Below are positions 57,401 through 64,000 of a stretch of 64,000 nt of DNA, one piece after another. Source of the stretch: Heterodontus francisci (lineage: Eukaryota); the NCBI RefSeq assembly GCF_036365525.1, contig NC_090376.1, positions 26,158,311 through 26,222,310 on the forward strand, written 5' to 3'. Each line of letters opens with the position of its first letter. Position 1 is the first letter of the stretch. Both the position numbers and the translations under genes were made by a program. The notes below the pieces were generated by a model, which made no database searches, had not been told where the DNA came from, and was given only the letters and a program-made list of their open reading frames with translations.

Positions 57401-58430
57401 CTGGTTCCCACACCCCTGCCACACTAGCTTAAACCCTCCTGAGTGACACTAGCAAACCTCACAGCCAGGATATTTGTGACCCTCCAGTTTAGATGCAACC
57501 TGTCCTTGTACAGGTCCCACCTGTCCCGGAAGAGATCCCAATGATCCAGATATCTGAAACCCTCCCTCCTACACCAGCTGTTTAGCCACGTGTTTAACTG
57601 CACTATCTTCCTATTTCTAGCCTCACTGGCACGTGGCACAGGGAGTAATCCCGAGATTACAACCCTAGAGGTCCTGTTTTTTAACTTACTACCTAACTCC
57701 CTGAACTCCCCCTGCAGGACCTCGTCATTCTTCCTGCCTATGTCGTTAGTACCAATGTGTACCACAACCTCTGGCTGCTCACCCTCCCCCTCTAGAATGC
57801 CTCCTGCCCATTCAGAGACAACCTTGACCCTGGCACCAGGGAGTCAACATACCATCCTGGAGTCTCTTTCACGTCCACAGAAGCGCCTATCTGTGCCCCT
57901 GACTATAGAGTCCCCTGTAACTATTGCTCTTCTGCGCTTTGTTCCCCACTGCTGAACAACAGAGCCAGCCGTGGTGCCACTGCTCTGGCTGCTGCTGTTG
58001 GTTTCCCCTGATAGGCCATCCCCACCAACAGTATCCAAAACGGTATACTTGTTAGAGAGGGGGATAGCCACAGGGTATTCCTGCACTGACTGCCTGCCCC
58101 TTCTAGCGGTCACCCATCTATCTGCCTGCACCTTGGGTGTAACCACTTCTTTAAAACTCCTGTCTATGATGTTTTCCGCCCCCTGCAGGCTCCTAAGTGC
58201 ATCCAATTGCTGCTCCAACCGATCCATGCGGTCTGTGAGGAGCTGCAATTGGGTACACTTCCTGCAGATGTAGTTGTCCGGAACGCTGGAAGCGTCACGG
58301 ACCTCCCACATCTCACAGGTGAAGCACTTTACCCCTCTAACTGACATTTCTAGCACTAACTAATAAATTAATTTAAAATAAATACTTATTAAATCCTTAC
58401 TAAATTAAGTTACAATTAACTATATGGTCC
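54442..58430 (-). mobile_element. Near full-length CR1 LINE: ORF1 (Zn finger, coiled coil, SGNH esterase; 58347-57424 with one in-frame stop) and disrupted ORF2 (APE endonuclease plus RT)
   Basis: ORF1: CFTC...CRKC, GDSIVRG, HIGTNDI, DRLHLN. ORF2: VVVGDFN, LDLVL, SDHN, DFSQAFDKVPH, GVPQESVLGP, FADDTK. Confidence 0.96.
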
Positions 58431-59109
58431 CTATGGAGTTATATGGAGAGTCCTCTGGCCAAAGTAATTAACAAGGGGTATAAAAGGGCTTCTCTGCAGT
58501 GTTTATTACTTTACAGTTGGACTGTTTAATATTTTATAAGGAGGATTAAATGCTGTCTTTTTATAGAAATTTAAGATTCCTATATTGTAATCATCCAATG
58601 GCAATGAGTTTTAGAGCACTAAGGGTCAATAAAAATGGTGTAGAATGAATTAAGGTTTATTCTCCACTGTGCTCGGTTTTCATCTGAGCTCAGTTGAGTG
58701 GGATGATGCAGAGCAAAAGCTGTGGTATTGTACTACAAGGAGAACGAAAATCAGATGGGAAGTCCTAGTAACTGGCAACAGAAGGGGCACAAAACATGCA
58801 TATCAAGTAGAATACTGATTCTTGCTTCTCTTAATATTTTGTTTTGTGTTCGTTGCAGTTGCCCACACCTTGTATGAATTGAATAAATCTTTGCAAAGTA
58901 ATCTGGTGTAGCCAGATGAAGAGTATATCTGTTTGCCAGGTGTGATTTTCTGAATAAGCACTTTCAATGCCTTTCCCACCATTGGAAAATTGTAGGTCCC
59001 CACAATTTTCTGTGCTGAAAATTGTTGGAAGTGAGTGGGCTTGCAATTTACTAATAGTGCACTCTCACCAGTGTGAAGTTGCACTGGGATGTACATTTAA
59101 AAAGCAATG

Positions 59110-59362
59110 TAATGTTCAGAGGGCATTCAGAGCCTGCCATATATTGTGGGACTGAGTCACGTGTAGGCTGGATCAGGGAGGGGTGGCAATTGATTGGGTT
59201 TTTAATGACACAAAATTCAGGCAGCTTCCATTGTCTTTTTTCCTGATGCCAGCCCACCAAATTGCTAGATTTATTGAATGTAATTTCATGACCTGCCAAG
59301 CTGGAATTTGAACGTGCAGTGTCTATCTAGGATTTCTAGTCCTGTATCCTAACCACTATACC
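59110..59362 (-). mobile_element. tRNA-headed SINE whose body matches the leader of the LINE at 61222
   Basis: Minus strand TGGTATAGTGGTTAGG (A box) and GTTCAAATTC (B box); body CCCTGATCCAGCCTACACGTGACTC...TGCCCTCTGAA. Confidence 0.65.
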
Positions 59363-60484
59363 ATACAACATGATTAAAATCAGTGGTACCAAATACTTTC
59401 TTAGAAAACTAAACTATCAAATCGGGTTATTCACAGATGCTGTCATTCACAGATTTGAGCATTAACAGCCAGTTTTTGAAGTCAACTCAAATAACAGCAG
59501 CTTTGAACTATTCCGCAAAAGGTTAAACAAACAGTTTGGTCCATTCAGTTCCTTTGAATGGCTTTCTTTACAGATCTTTCGAATGAAAGATAGGCAAATG
59601 CTTAGAAAGGACAGTGTTCTTTCTCAATTGCACAAGGGCCCCAATTTACCATGGCATCTTTTGTAACTAATTCAAAAATATCTGACCTTTATGCTTAGCA
59701 AACATTTTGAAATATTGCCTTTGAGGAAGATAACCTGCAAAACAAATAATGAAGGGCAAGTTTCAAAATAGGTAGATAAAATAAGAGTGGCCACTTGTGT
59801 TTGACGAGCTGACTATGCCTGGGTTCTCCTGATCAGATTATGTTGTGCTTTATTTAATAGCCAGCCTGCTGTTCTGTTAATGGAATTTTAACATTTGGAT
59901 TTTTGTAGAGACACAGGGCTATTATAATGAGCAATATTGACTTGACTGGCTTCTTTCTTGTAGTGCCAAATCAATAAAGCCACCTTTCCACCTTTACAGG
60001 GAGAAACACCATAGGCTAGGGGATAAAATTCCCAATTTTATTCACTGGTGGGTTATGACTTACAATTAAAAATTGCAAAAGAAACTGGGCCTCAGTAGAA
60101 CTACAAAAACTACAAAACATCAGTTAAGAGAAAAACTTACATTTTGTGAAGAGATTCACCAACTGTGTTCCTGTGTATATCACTCAAGTTGTGAACTGTA
60201 ACAGATAGTGAATGTGTATGCTAAATATTGTACAATTCAAATCTCTTTACTGCGCATTATGAATTTAGTACTGATCTGTGATTCAAATGTTTGGAAGCTA
60301 TTTTACATTTGAGGTAGCGTAATTGTTAAACAGTTGTCACACTCTTTCCTTATATTCCTGCTGCCCTGCCTGATATTACATCTAGTGAAGAGTGGGCAAT
60401 TTTCAGCAAAGTAGAAATGCAATATATATCAATGTCAGATGTCTGTTGTACTGTTATGTGTGCACTCCACACCATTTAGTGTGG

Positions 60485-60665
60485 TGGTGGCAGTTTCAAT
60501 CGAGGCATTCAAAAGGGAATTAAACTGTTATCTGAAAAGGAAGAATGTGCAGGGTTACAGGGAGAAGGTGGGGAATGGCATTAAGTGAATTACTCATTCA
60601 GAGAGCCAATGCAGATATGATGGGCTGAATGGCCACCTTCTGCACTGTAACAATTCTGTGATTCA
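60485..60665 (+). mobile_element. CR1 3' tail fragment
   Basis: GAGGCATTCAAAAGGGAATT...GGGCTGAATGGCC...ATTCTGTGATTC. Confidence 0.85.
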
Positions 60666-61221
60666 GTTACAAGAAAATTGAATCTCTTGACTTCCCATTT
60701 TTTCATTGTCGATACAAATGTTTCCTGTTGTTGGGATAAGTAGGGTACTTGAAGGTAGCACTAATAAACTGGTGCTTACCTGTTTACCCTCATAAAAAGT
60801 AATGAATGCAATAATATTGTAAAACTTAGTTGTTCTTTGTTGGTGTATCTTCTATGCATTTTGCCAACACTGCACAAGAACCATCCAGGGTTTGGAGCAA
60901 GGTTTTTTTTCCCCAATTCTTTTGAAAGGTGGCCTCTGTTCTGCTCCCATCCATCTCCCAAGGCATAGATAATGATTGGAACTCGCGATGTAAGAAGTTA
61001 TGAAAGTGAGTCTGACATTTCCAGTACTGATGCCTCAATGCACTTCCTACCCTGCTCAGTAAAGAATAGGGATATAGCTTCTGCTCAATGGGTGGAATCT
61101 GGCTTACAATTTTTAATTTTTTTCCTAAACTAGACAAGAGTTTTGGAAAAAATGATAACTAGACATATTCATCTTCTGTACAATAGGATGTACATCAAGG
61201 ATTTGCAACCTGCCCTACCAT

Positions 61222-64000
61222 TATTGTAAAAAGTTATCTGGTTCAGAGAAGCATATCTTCTGTCCTTCCCTGGTCTGCTACATGTGCCTCCATGCCCACA
61301 ACAATGTGTTTGACTCTTAACTGCCCTCTGAAATGGCCCAGCAAGCCAGTTGTACCAAACCACTATGAGTAAGAATAAAACCTGATGGACCGCCCAGCAT
61401 CGACTTAGACACTGGGAACGTAAAAGGCACACCCTGCCAAGTTGACCCTGCAAAGTCCTCCTCACTAACCTCTAGGGACTTGTGCCAAAATTGGGAGAGC
61501 TGTGCCACAGACTAGCCAAACAACAGCCTGACATAGTCATACTCACCAAATGATGCCTTGCAGACAATGCCCTCCATCACCATCCCTGGATCTGCCCTGT
61601 CCCACCAGCAGGGCAGACTCACCAGAGGTGGTAGCACAGTGGTTTGCAGTTAGGACAGCATATCCCTGGGAGTCCTCAATGTTGATCTGGACCCCATGAA
61701 GTCTCATGACATCAGGACCAACATAGGCAAGGAAACATCATGCTGATTATAGCCTAATGCCCTCTGTCAGCTGATGAGTCAGTACTCCTCCGTGTTGCAC
61801 ACCACTTGGAAGAAGCACTGAGGGCAGCAAGGGCACAGAATGTACTCTGGGTGGGAGGACTTCAATGTCCATCACCAAGAGTGGCTCGGTAGCACCACTA
61901 CTGACAGGGCTGGCTGAGTCCTGGAGGACATATCTGCTGGACTGGGTCTGTGGTAGGTTGGAGATAACCAACAACCTACCTGTCGCCGATGCCTGTGTCC
62001 ACAACAATATTGGTAGGAGTGACCACCGCACGTTGAGGACACTCTCCATTGTGTTGTGCGATATTACCAACATGCTAAATGAGATCGACTCGGAACAAAC
62101 CTTGCAGCTCAAAACTGGGCACCCATGAGACACTGTGAGACATCAGCAGCAGCAGAACTGCACTCAACCACATTCTGTAACCTCATGGCCCGGCATATCT
62201 GCCACTCTACCATTACCATCAAGCCAGGGGATCAACCCTGGTTCAATAAGGAGTGCAGGTCAGAGTACCAGAACAGCACCAGGCATACCTGAAAATGAGG
62301 TGCCAACCTGCTGAAGCTACAACACAGGGCAATGTGCATGCTAAACAGCAGAAGCTGCATGTAATAGAGCTATGCAACCTCAAAATCAATGGATCAGATC
62401 AAAGCTCTGCAGTCCTGCCACATGCAGTTGTGAATGGTGGTGAACAGTTAAACAACTAACTGGAGGAGGAGGCTCCAGAAACATCCCCATCCTCAAAGAT
62501 GATGGAGCCCAGCATGTCAGTGCAAAAGACAAGGCTGAAGGACTGGCATACCTTCTTCAGCCAGAAGTGCCGATTGAGTGATTCATCTTGGCCTCCTCCA
62601 GATGCCAGTCTTCAGCCAATCTGATTCACTCCATGTGATATCAAGAAACGGCTGAAGGCACTGGATACTGCAAAGGCTATGGGTCCTGACAACATCACAG
62701 CTGTAGTACTGAAGACCTGTGTGCCAGAACTAGCCACATCGCCAGCCAAGCTGTTCCAATACAATTGCAACACTGGCAACACCCCAAAAAAGTGAAAAAT
62801 TGCCCAGGTATGTACTATCCACAAAAAGCTGGACAAATCCAATCCAGCCAATTACTGCACCATCAGTCTACTCTTAATCATCAGAAAAGTGATGGAAGGT
62901 GTTGTTGACAGTGCTATTAAGCAGCACGTGCTCAGGAATAACTTGCTCGCTAAAGCTCAGTTTGGGTTTTGCCAGGGCCACTCAGCTCCAGACCTCATTA
63001 CAGCCTTGGTCCATGCATGGACAAAAGAACTGAATTCCAGTGGTGAGGTGAGAGTAACTGCCCCTGACATCAAGGCAGCATTTCACCAATTGCGGTATCA
63101 AGGAGCCCTGGTCAAATTGAAGTCAATGAGTATCAGGGGGAAATGTCTCCACTGGTTGGAGTCATACCTAGCACAAAGGAAGATAGTTGTGGTTGTTGGA
63201 GGCCAATCACCTCAGTCCTGGGACATTGGTGCAGGAGGTCCTCAGGGTGGTGTCCTTGGCCCGAGCATCTTCAGCTGCTTCATCAATGAGCTTCCCTCCA
63301 ATGTAAGATGAGAAGTGGGGATGTTTGCTGATGTTTGCACAGTGTTCAGTACCATTCGCAACCTCTCAGGTACTGAAACAGTCCGTGTCCGCATGCAGCA
63401 AGACCTGGACAACATTCAGGCTTGGGATGATGAGTGGCAAGTGACATTCATCTCACACAAGTGCCAGGCAATGACCATCTCCAAAAAGAGAGAATCTAAC
63501 CATTCCCGTCGACATTCAACAGCATTACCATAGCTGAATACTCCACCATCAACATCCTGGGAGCTACCATTGACCAGAAAATTAACTGGACCTGTCATAC
63601 TGTGGCTACAAGAGCAGATCAGAGGCTGGGAATTCTGCAGCGAGTAACTCACCTCCTGACTCCCCAAAGCCTGTCCACCATCTACAAGACACAAATCAGG
63701 AGTGTGATGGAATACTCGACACTTGCCTGGATGAGGGCCGCTCCAATAACACTCAAGCAGCTCAACACCATCCAAGACAAAGTAGCCCGCTTGATCGGCA
63801 CCCCATCCACCACTTTAAACGTTCACTTCCTTCATCACTGGTGCACAATGACAACAGTGTGTGCGATTTACAAGATGCACAGCAGCAACTGACCAATGCT
63901 GCTTCGACAGCGCCTTCCAAACCTGTTACCTCTACCACCTAGAAGGACAAGGGCAGCAGATGCATGGGAGCACCACCCCCCCAAGTTTCCCTCCAAGTCC
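61222..64000 (+). mobile_element. CR1-related (Crack/Zenon-like) LINE, degraded EN+RT, runs off the window
   Basis: Endonuclease start LLTNL*GLVPKLGEL...QPDIVILT near 61455; SDHR; RT AQFGF, DIKAAF, GPQGGVLGPSIF, MFADV. Confidence 0.9.

Noticed and set aside
60776-61137. Minus-strand 103-aa ORF and CAG|GTAAGC donor near 60779, as a possible THRSP or KCTD14 exon expected by synteny
   Set aside because: No similarity to Spot14/MID1IP1 or BTB motifs; an isolated donor is not enough.

Overview
Eukaryotic (vertebrate) genomic DNA. The repeat complement (HE1/V-SINE-like SINEs, CR1 LINEs, DeuSINE-like and Penelope remnants) points to a cartilaginous fish; the species cannot be fixed from sequence alone. 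Four intact + strand genes were read exon by exon: LIPT1 (single coding exon, 6619-7749), KCTD21 (single coding exon, 13101-13805), ALG8 (13 exons, 16936-38405, 525 aa, one U12-type intron) and NDUFC2 (3 exons, 45843-53718, 110 aa). KCTD21-ALG8-NDUFC2 is the order known from mammals, but LIPT1 is not part of the human block. It sits directly behind what looks like a bidirectional promoter and a non-coding first exon that could also serve KCTD21; this is the most interesting hypothesis here. Roughly 45% of the window (hand tally) is transposon-derived: a near full-length CR1 with esterase ORF1, a three-level nested insertion, RTE copies with TSDs, a Penelope remnant with a degenerate hammerhead, hAT and Harbinger-type relics, and an apparently ORF1-less LINE whose leader is shared with a tRNA-headed SINE. 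Most short ORFs in the track are TE fragments or antisense noise. Protein identities are from recalled homolog sequences, not database searches, and repeat boundaries are approximate.
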